A stretch of DNA of 62,796 nucleotides, filler included, from Sphaeroforma arctica JP610 (Eukaryota), in NCBI RefSeq assembly GCF_001186125.1. It is 4 parts of one record of this genome, joined end to end, with 100 filler letters (N's around TTAATTAATTAA, not from the genome) between each part and the next. Parts side by side here need not be neighbours in the genome. Positions count along the whole stretch, not along the records: positions 12,095 to 31,205 come from NW_014040540.1; 3 more parts are not named here. The stretch is one strand, 5' to 3'. Below, one piece after another: positions 12,786-24,536 of the stretch (positions are counted from its first letter, which is position 1; each line of letters begins with the position of its first letter). The position numbers and the translations under genes were made by a program. Under the pieces are notes generated by a model, which searched no databases, had not been told where the DNA came from, and saw nothing but the letters and a program-made list of their open reading frames with translations.

Positions 12786-14033
12786 TCAATTCCCATCCGT
12801 AATGCAATCCACATTCATATCCGTACTAGACACAACCGTGCCCCTCCATTCACCCACATCACCTCCAGTCTCTTCTATTCTCCGAACAATCGCCACACCA
12901 TCTCTCAGCGCCTGCAGGGAATGTTGAGTACCTGCTTCAACTATAATAACAGGCACGCCGGCATCTGCAATCGCCCTGGCCTCCGCGATCTTCGTGTTCA
13001 TACCTCCCGTCACGTCTGTATCCCTTGAAGCGCCTAGTACAATGTTCGTGAGGTTCTGGTCTGTATCAGTTAGTGCAATTCGTGGGGTGGAACACTTGCG
13101 TTGAAGGTGGTGCCCGTTCCAGATTGTTACCTTACTGCCTAATTTGGAAACAGTAACATGTCTCAATAATCGAGGGCTCCCGCCTATATGATCTGATTGA
13201 TCACCATGTGTAAATGTCATACTATTTCTATCAAATATAGTTTCGCCGCTTGTAGTATCAGAGCTACTTCCTTCATGTATGGACATCGAGTGCATATCAG
13301 ATACTTGGATAACTGGCGGTGTGTTTGTTTTGTCCAAACGATGAGGAGGGCGATCGTATATGCCCAAGACGTTGGTCATAAACACTACTGAGCTCACATT
13401 GTAGCTCTTGTTTACACTTAATTCGCGTAGTATTGTATCTCCACTGAGAATGGAACAGAACTGGGCTGTATCTAGCACAGCGTCTCCATGCATGATCGGA
13501 AGCATACCTCTTGCCAGCAGCATATTCACACACTGCATACTGTCCCGAGACGAGACAGGCTCTCGATCACAGGTAAATACCATGGGCAACACCGGCACAG
13601 ATACGGCAGGTATACCCGCGACAATCAACGCATCAACAAATAAAGTACATAACCTGGTCACCGACTGCCTTGTAAGACAGAACCCCATACTGAGTTCTGC
13701 TAAATCACTTGTTGTCGTATCTGTGTTTGATTGTATACTATTCTCATTCCGTTGCTTCTTCTCATCCCATCTCGAGGTACCTGTTTGTACGCCATATTTC
13801 TTGGCCTGGAAGTGGCCAAAGGATCCTGCACCATGGACTACAATCAGCTTTCCACGCTGTTGACCCCATACTTGCACTATCTGTGAGACCACCTCAGTAA
13901 ATACAACTGTGTTAATCGTTTCGAACGTCGACTTATTCGTCAGTGCCGCCCCTCCAATCTTGACTACCGTTACACCTCTGCTCACGGAATACTGTACCGT
14001 CGTATGAGCCCTCGATTCCGAAGGGTCTGGCAT
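12786..14033 (-). CDS. IPK: Isopentenyl phosphate kinase (amino-acid kinase superfamily), uninterrupted 415 aa ORF
   Basis: VVKIGGAALTNK, VVHGAGSFGHFQA (IPK-type His), HGDAVLD, ILSGD, TNVLGIYDRPP, DVTGGMNTK. Confidence 0.88.
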   Translation of the reverse strand: MPDPSESRAHTTVQYSVSRGVTVVKIGGAALTNKSTFETINTVVFTEVVSQIVQVWGQQRGKLIVVHGAGSFGHFQAKKYGVQTGTSRWDEKKQRNENSIQSNTDTTTSDLAELSMGFCLTRQSVTRLCTLFVDALIVAGIPAVSVPVLPMVFTCDREPVSSRDSMQCVNMLLARGMLPIMHGDAVLDTAQFCSILSGDTILRELSVNKSYNVSSVVFMTNVLGIYDRPPHRLDKTNTPPVIQVSDMHSMSIHEGSSSDTTSGETIFDRNSMTFTHGDQSDHIGGSPRLLRHVTVSKLGSKVTIWNGHHLQRKCSTPRIALTDTDQNLTNIVLGASRDTDVTGGMNTKIAEARAIADAGVPVIIVEAGTQHSLQALRDGVAIVRRIEETGGDVGEWRGTVVSSTDMNVDCITDGN

Positions 14034-14310
14034 AATGCCTGATTCAAACAGAAGAATATGAGTGTAGCTGTTTTCAAGCGGGGGCGTACTGAGCAGGTGT
14101 GATTGTTAGTGAACAATTGGGATAGCAACAGTCCACACCGACACGCACAAACAAGAGAAAATGCTCGACTATGTATGGCCAGCTGGAGGAGCCTAGGAGG
14201 CAGTGTCTGTAGTAGACATTCGACATTCGATATTTGACACGACACTGAATACTTTTTTTTATAGTATTTTGTGGTAAAAGATATCAAAAACCCTATAACC
14301 CTCGATCCGG

Positions 14311-17300
14311 GCCCGAGGTTGTGTAGCTACGTGCGGCAATAGAACCGGTGGTGTTCGTGATGGGGTGAAAGTATCCTTCTTTCGGATACCTCGCCACAAA
14401 GCTTTCAATAAGGCGAGACCAGGGACGGCTGCACAGAAAGCAAGGCGGAAGATCGAGATAAACAATGAGATGCGACAAGTTTGGATAGAGGCTTGTTTTC
14501 GGCAATTCGAAGCTGACGATTCTCTGTCATCTGCGCAAGTAGCAAAGGCGTATTGGGAGCGTAATGATCACCGAATATGCTCTATACATTTTCATAGAAC
14601 CGTGCTTGTTACAAAGGAAAATGGGGATATAGTGACGGTACTAGGGGCCGCACCTACTATGTATTTGAAACCACTATCACCCAATGGTACGCCCGTAACT
14701 GAGGAAAAAGCACGTCAACGACTATTGATCTACTATAGCGAACTGTGCACGCTTGAGCCGATAGGTACAACAAAAAAGTTATTAGAGACGAATGAAGCAG
14801 CTGAACGAGCGCGAAAGAGAGCGTGTGCAGGATATGAGGTGTATCGAGGAAGTGTTAGATACAACATGGAACAAGATATGATCGGAGACTTTCAGAACTT
14901 GTTTTCATCACTACCCCGTTTACACAAACAGTGGGCTGTTGAGGAACAGCACCAAAACCAACGTTTACTTCTTACACGATCTATCTATTCCGAGATCAGT
15001 GAAACTCCGTTAATGCAGCGCATACACTTAGTACCCAGTACAGAACGTGAATTTGTAAGTGTGTCAGTTTACACTCCTTCGCATTGTTCAGTAAAGAGTA
15101 CATGCTATGATGCGAAGCAAAGCTTTGTGGAGTCGGTTACATATGTTGAGGCAATACTCGATGACACAAATACATATAGCGGTATATTGCAACGTGTTCA
15201 TCATGTTGAAGACACAACAGATATACTGGTACCCTGCACTGAACCAGTCCAAACTTCTAAATCAGTTTGCGCTATATTACGGGAGAGAGGTAATTACCTA
15301 ATGGAAAGTGTGACTGGTAAAGATAGAGCAGTATTCTACTACTTTCTTGCAGAGCAAGTAGAAATGCTAGAAACAAGTCGATATAAACGACGTTTCCCTG
15401 TGAGCTCTTTTGTGCTGGCGTTTGCACATCACATTTATATTAAGAAGCCTGAATTCTACATACTTACACGTGAGAATTCACTGTTTATGTTCCGCCTGAT
15501 GCCAGAACTCTGTTCTCACAAATAAATTGTAATGCACTTCCCGCCGACTGTATATTTGCGGGTCCTGGTTCGGCACATGCTGCGGTGCTCTCATCTATCA
15601 TCCGCATGCGTGCAAATGGTAGTATAAACAAGTTTGGTACGGATAAGGGATTGCTAGTTGACAGTAAGCAAAAACAGGAACTAGCGATAGCACAGTTTTC
15701 AACTCAGAAAGATAAAGCCAGTATAGTACGTGATGCTGTATTCATGATACATGTCGACGAGGTCAATATCAGACCTACGAATCAGTTTGCACATAAGACT
15801 GGCTTCTACGGACCAGCTCATAATGACCCGGAGGTGCTCGCCAACCATGTGCAAACCTTTTTATTGAAACCGGTCAGCGGACGAAAGCTTTCCATGAATT
15901 TAATGTCTAAACGTGTATCTAAGATGACAGACGAACCATTAAATGGATACATGTCGACGGCGATTGCCAAAGCCCCAGAAGCCGGCGCTATTGTGTGTCC
16001 AATTATTTTTGATGGAAGCGCCGTAAATAGGAAGGCTTGCAGGATGCTACTTCTTTGCGATACAAGTCCAGAACCACCTGGTCACCGATTGGCTTTACCT
16101 CAACAGTCACTACCAAGCAGTGTTGATGTCAATGGCCATAAATTGTTCCCATTACACTGACTTATACACATAATTAAGTGTATTCGGAATAACTTAATTC
16201 GTAAAGGATACGTCTTCAAGTATCCAACAATGACGTTATCTACAGGATATACTTTGCCCGGAGGAATTTGTGATATTCAGTGGATTCGAAAGTTATGCAG
16301 TCTTTACAGCCCCTGTGCGCATCAAACGTGTAACTGTTTGGCCCAGTACGCTTGAGAGGCAACAAGTTGCCCCTGCTCTCCTGCTATTTTCGATAGGGAT
16401 ATCAACGGCCCTACGAAAAGAGTTCGGTGAACAAGCTAGTGGAACTTATTTGTTCTTGGAAATGGTCAATAANNNNNNNNNNNNNNNNNNNNNNNNNNNN
16501 NNNNNNNNNNNNNNNNNNNNNNNNNNNNNNNNNNNNNNNNNNNNNNNNNNNNNNNNNNNNNNNNNNNNNNNNNNNNNNNNNNNNNNNNNNNNNNNNNNNN
16601 NNNNNNNNNNNNNNNNNNNNNNNNNNNNNNNNNNNNNNNNNNNNNNNNNNNNNNNNNNNNNNNNNNNNNNNNNNNNNNNNNNNNNNNNNNNNNNNNNNNN
16701 NNNNNNNNNNNNNNNNNNNNNNNNNNNNNNNNNNNNNNNNNNNNNNNNNNNNNNNNNNNNNNNNNNNNNNNNNNNNNNNNNNNNNNNNNNNNNNNNNNNN
16801 NNNNNNNNNNNNNNNNNNNNNNNNNNNNNNNNNNNNNNNNNNNNNNNNNNNNNNNNNNNNNNNNNNNNNNNNNNNNNNNNNNNNNNNNNNNNNNNNNNNN
16901 NNNNNNNNNNNNNNNNNNNNNNNNNNNNNNNNNNNNNNNNNNNNNNNNNNNNNNNNNNNNNNNNNNNNNNNNNNNNNNNNNNNNNNNNNNNNNNNNNNNN
17001 NNNNNNNNNNNNNNNNNNNNNNNNNNNNNNNNNNNNNNNNNNNNNNNNNNNNNNNNNNNNNNNNNNNNNNNNNNNNNNNNNNNNNNNNNNNNNNNNNNNN
17101 NNNNNNNNNNNNNNNNNNNNNNNNNNNNNNNNNNNNNNNNNNNNNNNNNNNNNNNNNNNNNNNNNNNNNNNNNNNNNNNNNNNNNNNNNNNNNNNNNNNN
17201 NNNNNNNNNNNNNNNNNNNNNNNNNNNNNNNNNNNNNNNNNNNNNNNNNNNNNNNNNNNNNNNNNNNNNNNNNNNNNNNNNNNNNNNNNNNNNNNNNNNN

Positions 17301-19112
17301 NNNNNNNNNNNNNNNNNNNNNNNNNNNNNNNNNAGTCCTAACCGATATGCGCAGATGCACACTTATAATAGATGTATATTTTATAGATATCTCAACACTA
17401 TTTAATTGTAATAATACTGGTATATATATCCTCAGGATGAAGAGATGGATAGTATTATTAATGAGTTATTAATGAGTTGCTTGGGCTGGTTATTGCGAGC
17501 ACGAATACTCAGGCGGGAGAATTCAGGAGTGACGAAGAGGACGATCAGGAAGCTATTGGGAATGTTCAGCTAGACACAGACACAACCTTAAGCACAAGCA
17601 ACTATACTGACGAAACATACATTGAAAGACGCGGACGAAAACCATTGAAAAATGGTTTAACACCAGAGACGTTCTTCACTTTGTCACACACTTTGCGAGG
17701 ACTGGCGCGTTGTATCAGGTACATGTTGAGAAACCTATTTATGAGGTACATAACTACCAGGGAGGATCAATAATGATCCCATTGAAATGAGCTTCAGCAT
17801 TGCTCGTTCAATGGCTGGTGGAAATAGTCACCTAGACACAGTTGCATATATCTACTCATAAAGCACTTTGCTCATACGTGCTATGAATGATTTATGTAGG
17901 AACACAGATCATAGTCATAATAGAACACTCTATAAACTTCTATTCCATGGTTTACAAGCAAAAACTGATGCCCTAGAGAACACGCAATTTACCAAACTAC
18001 GTCTGCAGTGGAAACACCTACAAAACTACGGAGATAAGCTCGCGCACAAGTCTGCACAAGATCCGACTTTACCATACATTGCAAGATATGCAGTTCACAA
18101 ACTATTGAAAAATTATCCTTTGGACTGTGTAACATGTACCGACATCGTCACCTTTCGGTAAAGGTCTCGACGACGAACAACAAATGTTTGTAGAATATTC
18201 TTGTGCACTAATAGCTGAATTAGATCGAAAAGGGTTAACTTGGCCGTCGCAATCGACGGTTGTTATGGCTGGCCTATCGCTCAATGTTATCGACGAGATT
18301 ATCAACGACAAGGTTCTGATAAGTCACTTTAACGAGTCTTCATGCGCCAGTCGAGTGGGTTTAAAAGTAATTCGTAGCATAATGATGCATAGAATAGGTA
18401 CATGCCGAGCTCTTCAAAGTATCAAGGATACATGTTCAATGTGCAATGGAGATCGAATTCAAACAATAGTACCACGACTACTAAGCACGCTTTTCAATAT
18501 TGCTTGTAATAACACGAGTTTAGTGTTAAATAGGAAAGCATCTGCAACTGTTGTCACTCTGAGCATGGTTAAGACTAATAAGAAAAAAGGTCAACCCATT
18601 GCATTGACAAGTACAGAAAACACAACACGTGTACTAGACAACTCTGGTAAATGGACCGTAGAGAAGTACAAGGACATCTTGAGAAGCGTGAATGGGCCGC
18701 TAGGAGGTGGCATAGAGACGCTCCGTAAGCGCTGTTTATTCTTAAAGGACTTACAGGCTCACGGTATTGGCAGCGTGCTTGGGCTGAAAACTGAAGATGC
18801 ACGGAAACTTTGCAATCAGCTCGATCTTTCGCTAGGCTCGAAGGTAGAGGTGGTGGAGCGGATTGGAAAAACTCTACTAAACCCTTCGGCTCGCCAGCAG
18901 AACGGCGCGATTATATCAGCCGTCAGAGAAGGATAATATGCTTAGTAGACAAGCTTGGGTGTCGAAGAAGGCAACAAAGTTGCGTGTTTACAAGTGTATG
19001 TGCGTGTGTTTTGGTTTTAGTACTAACCACACAGTCACTAAGCACTAGTAAAAAATACGTCATCAATTTGCTACATCGAGCACGCTTGGCTGTTTTATTT
19101 TAGAAGGCTATG
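14311..19112 (+). mobile_element. P-element-superfamily (THAP9-like) DNA transposon, decayed transposase ending in a terminal repeat
   Basis: THAP domain CVATC...VSFFRIP...W...ICSIHF (from 14320); core VDEVNI, IIFDGSAVN, *LIHIIKCIRNNL, DPIEMSFSIARSMAGGN; in-frame stops and frameshifts; gap 16473-17333; TTTAGAAGGCTATG at 19099-19112. Confidence 0.88.
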
Positions 19113-19820
19113 CATGATAATTATCAAGAGAGAAGAGCGAACTATTTATATTAAAATATGTAGTATGGGGGGCTGGGGGGGTATGGCCCTGAACTTCTAA
19201 AGTGGCCTAAACACGCCTTAATTTACAGCTTTAAAAAAAAAATAGAGGTGCACGGCTGCACGCCGTAAAACCTCAACAAAGACAGTATTTATGTATTTAC
19301 ATATTTTAGCGTATTTGTTTGTTTGTTTTATTATTTTAAGAACACTGTCGAGAAACGGTTTACGCTCAACAATTCCAAAGAAGTATGAACGACCAGCTGG
19401 TACAAATTATACACGTTTTTTGCGCAAACCTACGGGCTGCGCCTAACGCCACTATAAATGAGACAGATTTTTGACCTTATTTAGGGATTCCGTTTTAAAC
19501 GCAATTAATTCAACAACGCCTTCGCGCTTCGGCTTCAAGATATTGTTTTTTTACTAAAAATATAAGCAAAAAAATATAGCAAATACAAAAACTTGAAGAA
19601 AAATGCCTAAAAAGGCTATTTGAATTTTAAAATTATATCATTTATTTTTTTATCGGAGAGCCTTCCTCTCCGTTCCTTTATGCCGGTTGCATGTTGTTGT
19701 TGGATACATATGATTCACTTTTTGATATAAAGCACAGACACTATACTGCAACCATTACAGAACTACTTGCTATTAAGTATTGAAAGTACAGTTGAGAGAT
19801 TACTACATCTACCTGACAAT

Positions 19821-21766
19821 ATGTGTGCCGGTATGTGATGGACTGATTTGACGATATGTCTTGCTTGCAGGTGCATACCTCACTAAAAACCATCTTGTTT
19901 ATCCCCCAATGTTTCGTTGTCAGGTGTATATCTCACTGTAAAATACCTTGCTTATACCTAAAGTGATTCTTTGTGTAAAACTTGTACATCACTTGATACT
20001 TGTGCTTATTACCTTCATTCTACAGATTAAAACTCATTCAAACATGATACTTTACTTTTTTTATACCCTCAGCTAAACTAGAAAACCCCATGAACGACCA
20101 CGACTTCGGCAAACTCTTCGACCACACCATTCTGAAGCAAGATGCGACCAAGGAACAGGTTGTCGCTGTGTGCCAAGAAGCAGCCAAGCATAACTTTATG
20201 AGTGTGTGCGTCAACCCGGGATGGATCACAACATGTGTGAAAGAGTTGGAGGGAACTGATGTCAAGGTATATAAGAATCATATCATGTATTGCTGTCCGT
20301 TGATTATAACCTCTATTTAGGTGTATCCAGTTGCTATGCGATACTGAAAGCATATTGGGGGCTTTGCATTGCACCATAAACCGCTGCATGTATGGCAGTC
20401 TTAGCAGTCAGACTCTTCGATAGTGATAAATGACTATCGCTCTCAGTCGTAAGGGTTCGATTGAATTCGAGACACATCTGTGGTAGATGATTTTCAAGTA
20501 TTTAATTGATGCAAAACTTTTTGTATACTACGCCTGTCATTAAGTCATGTACGCTTACTCTCAATCATGTACTGCAGGTATGTACTGTCATCGGCTTTCC
20601 CCTAGGTGCCACAACGTCCGAGTCCAAGGCGTATGAGACCAAGAACTCGATCGAGAACGGTGCATTGGAAGTAGACATGGTCTTGAACGTAGGATTTATG
20701 AAAGACGGTAATATAGATGCGGTGGAATCCGACATCAGGGCAGTAGTAAACGCAGCACGACAGGCTAACGACAAAGTGATTGTTAAAGTGATCCTCGAGA
20801 CATGTTTGCTGAACAAGGACCAGATCAAGACCGCATGTGAGCTGTGTGTGAAGGCTGGTGCTGACTTTGTGAAGACGTCAACCGGTTTCTCAACTGGAGG
20901 TGCCAAGGCAGAGGACATAAAGCTCATGAGAGACACTGTGGGCAAGGATGTGGGTGTCAAGGCGTCGGGTGGTATCAGGGACTACGCCGCTGCCATCGCT
21001 ATGGTGAACGCTGGGTGAGTATTGTCTGTGAGATCAGTATGCAATGCTGAAGTTTTAGTGTATATGTGAGGCAAGTGGGTGGGTGTGAGTGGGTGATATG
21101 CATGTATGTATTGTATACATTACACAGCTAGTTTTGCACTTGCATGTGTGCGTGTATTTCTGCTTGAATAACTACTAGCTCGAACGATACAGCTTTCAAA
21201 GGCACGCGCTGTACTCTTCAGTCTTATTGGTGCAGCTTACTTTCACAGGCTCTGAAGTGCACTTTACTGATTTCATGATAACTTAATACTATGTAGTTGT
21301 TGTACAGGTAGAGCTCGTGATGTATATGCACCTGTCGGTGATGCACTTGAAATAAGTAGTTGCGAGAATGTAGTAGTAGTTAATGCTTGTAGTTATATCA
21401 GCTCACGTACACGAGTGCACACTGGAGATACGCTATACTTAACAGAAAGTACCAGTCTGTAGAATGTCCTTCCTTGTACTCTACCGAAAAGGTGGTTTGT
21501 ATCGTATATATGATGCAGGTACAATACACATCTGCGTCAAGCATGAGTCATTCCCCATTTTGCGGTAGTTTTCTGCATCACTGTTGTATATCTCGTAATT
21601 CATCAGACATTTCAGTGATCAAATTTCCGTCAATTAAATTACCGTATCCAATGTCGTTTTTGAAAACTACAGCGCCAATCGTCTGGGATGCAGTGCTGGT
21701 ATCAAAATCATCGAACAAAGAGCGGCCAATGACACACAGGCCAGTGCAGGTACAGGCCTATATTAA
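19821..21766 (+). CDS. deoC: Deoxyribose-phosphate aldolase (short, bacterial-like type); exons 19821-19830, 20073-20266, 20578-21014, 21673-21766
   Basis: [65 protein letters not shown]-terminal Tyr; splice phases compatible. Confidence 0.95.
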
Positions 21767-23274
21767 AGCATCGGTACTAACGGATTGACTGGCACATACT
21801 ACGCCATTCTTGACAGCAACTACTCGATTCTAAACACTCAACACCTATACTTAATCCCTAGTATATACTGCACCATTCGTTCGTATCAGAACACAGGATT
21901 ATAATCGAGCGAAAATGCAGCAGACTGGAGCGAATCTTCAGTGGTACAGATACGTAAATAAAGAAACACCATTTCCGCGAGCAAATTCGTAATGTTTTTC
22001 ATATAGCCTACCACATTTTGTAGCTGGACTTCGGCCCGTACTCATAACTTGTGATTGTGGAATTCAATGTCTAACTAAGGATTTGCAGAACAAGCGCGCA
22101 CACAAAGAATTCTCTTACATTTCTTGAGCACACGTTTGGTACATGATTATTTGTTTCCGTTTTTGTTTTGGGCGACATCAATGGACAAGCTATCCAAAAT
22201 ACAAAGCGGTGTATCGAACACAGTAGTGAACTTTATGTTTAGCTAAAGCAGAAGTTACTATCTCAGTGCAACGTTTCTGTTCACGGTTGTAAACGCATTA
22301 CTCGCGGACTGTATGCAGGCACAGTAACAGATTGTAGTTTATCGAAGACGTGCGCTATACGCAGGCCCGAATTACAGCTTGAGGCACGAAACAAAACGTT
22401 AAAATCGAAAAATCATATCAGAATGCAGGACAGCTACGAGAACGTGGAACACGATATGTAGTATAACATCAACTGCACGAAAACACTGATTGTGGAAAAA
22501 TGACTTCCAAAACGAGTGCGACGTATCCACTAAGGCGAAGTAGAGCCATTATACTCATGCAATGTGTATTGTGGCATTAGAGATAGACAAATAGTACAAC
22601 TCGTGATACCTTTCTTGCTCCTCGGCCAGTCATGTACGACGCACAGTTCTTTATTTACTATACAGTCCAAATTCCTACTCGCACAACTGTTTAAATGTAC
22701 AACCCCTTTCACCATATCAGATCCTCCCCAAGACTGTACTGTACAAGTGAGGTCCTTTTCTGGTTCAAGCGCAAATCTACAACACATCAGAGCAGAGTTT
22801 TCAAGCCCAAATAAGCATTCTGCTGCGTTTCAGCCGCAGTATATCTTTTGTTTGGTCACCCCTCATGTGCGATAGTGAAAACTCCAAACGTGTCAGCTCT
22901 ACAGAATGCAAGCTCAATTTGCTTTAAAACCCGGGGGGTGTTTGTGTATCGAGTAAGTGTTCTGCTTCATCTGCAACATTGCGTTTCTGCAGTCGAAACA
23001 AAGTTCTTGTTCTCGCCTGGACCGCCAGTGGCTCACGACCTCTGTAACACTGCGCATGTACTTTTTGATAATACATATGGTACAGTCATACTGATATAGT
23101 GTTCCATAGCACTCTTGCAAAGACACGCCGACGTCACTGTTATGCTTGCTGGTGCTACCATGAATATCTTATATCGGGGTGATGTGTCATACATTGGCAC
23201 AATAACATATGTACAATATATTTTGTGTCGGGACATTGGGATATGTTGTGACAATCACACCATTGTATCGTACC

Positions 23275-23709
23275 CTATGCTGGTACGTTCATACTAGACT
23301 CCTCCTGCTCGTAGAATTGGTTCACATCGTTAGCAGCCAATTTCCACTCCAGCGCTGACCACCACATCAAGCCTGCAGTTGTTGCGTAGAGCACTATCGA
23401 GCACACCGCAACTATATAATTCCCTGTTAGCATACCCATGGTTGTCATAGAAACGCCACCGGCGAAGACAAACATAGACATGAAGTACTTCATTGCGAAG
23501 AGGCCTGATAGGAGCGGACGTTCCTTGTGCCCAATGTGTAGCACTGTTTGAAACAGTCCGAAGAATACAAAGTAGATCCCTATGGCTACATATGACATCT
23601 GTGGGATTTCCTTGAATGTGCCTATGCATGTGAGTATCACAGCTATCGCAAGGAATAACAGGCTGCCTACGAACAGGCACGAGTATATTATCTTATAGTA
23701 CTGCAGCAT
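23275..23709 (-). CDS. Hypothetical membrane protein with about four transmembrane helices (144 aa)
   Basis: ATG-started ORF with four hydrophobic segments and an acidic tail; no family recognised. Confidence 0.55.
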   Translation of the reverse strand: MLQYYKIIYSCLFVGSLLFLAIAVILTCIGTFKEIPQMSYVAIGIYFVFFGLFQTVLHIGHKERPLLSGLFAMKYFMSMFVFAGGVSMTTMGMLTGNYIVAVCSIVLYATTAGLMWWSALEWKLAANDVNQFYEQEESSMNVPA

Positions 23710-24536
23710 GATTAACGGCCACCTCTAATTAAATATGTATGGGTACTGTGATATTAGTGCGCTAACATTTATATTCGTCGTGCGACTAATGATGTTTCAA
23801 ATGATATGACACAGGCAAGGATATGTCACAGACAAGTGAATCAGAGCAATCTCAAGCAGAAAACTTGTTCATCTACAAGCTTGCTCCTAGTATGTGTGAT
23901 ATGCTCTACCAACCTACACTTATTTACACACGTACACAATCACGTGTGGTTTCTCCGCTTCAGCGTGGAGTTGTGAATAAATCCTGCGAGCGTGTCCAAG
24001 AGGTTATGCGCCCCCCCCCCCCCATAGATATTTACATACATACATAAAAGATACATAAAAAAATAATTTAAAATATGTATGTCTAAAAAATACATACTGA
24101 AAGACCAAAAATAGAATATATATAGCTATTGTAATAAATGGACCGGTTCCGGGAACCAATGTAAATATTTAGCCCTTCGGACGATATTTATTTATTATTT
24201 CCGATGACAGCCATCTTTTTGTTCGCATTTCTTCTTTCTCTCTATAATGTTTCTTTTTTTGTTTTTTTAATTAAAAAAGAATAAAAAAGAAAAACTTTTC
24301 TTGTATTTAACCCCGATTACGCTTTTCCGGTCTGGGTTATTTTAACGATCTCCACAAGATTGGTATCTAAATTGGGCTTATCAGTATTACTATTCTCTGG
24401 GCATTATATACATCAATCTCTAACCTGTGTACGTATGTCCCGTTCTAATTAAATCACATATTTCATACGATTGGGTCTACGATACCATCTTCCAATTTTC
24501 CTTACCCTTCTGTTTGGCACACATATACAAAATACC

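Noticed and set aside
16270..17472. Long ORFs of 298-400 aa in the ORF track
   Set aside because: Composed almost entirely of Ns
22530..23254. Cys-rich short minus-strand ORFs downstream of the 4-TM gene
   Set aside because: No recognisable motif or consistent splice pattern; cannot support a gene call
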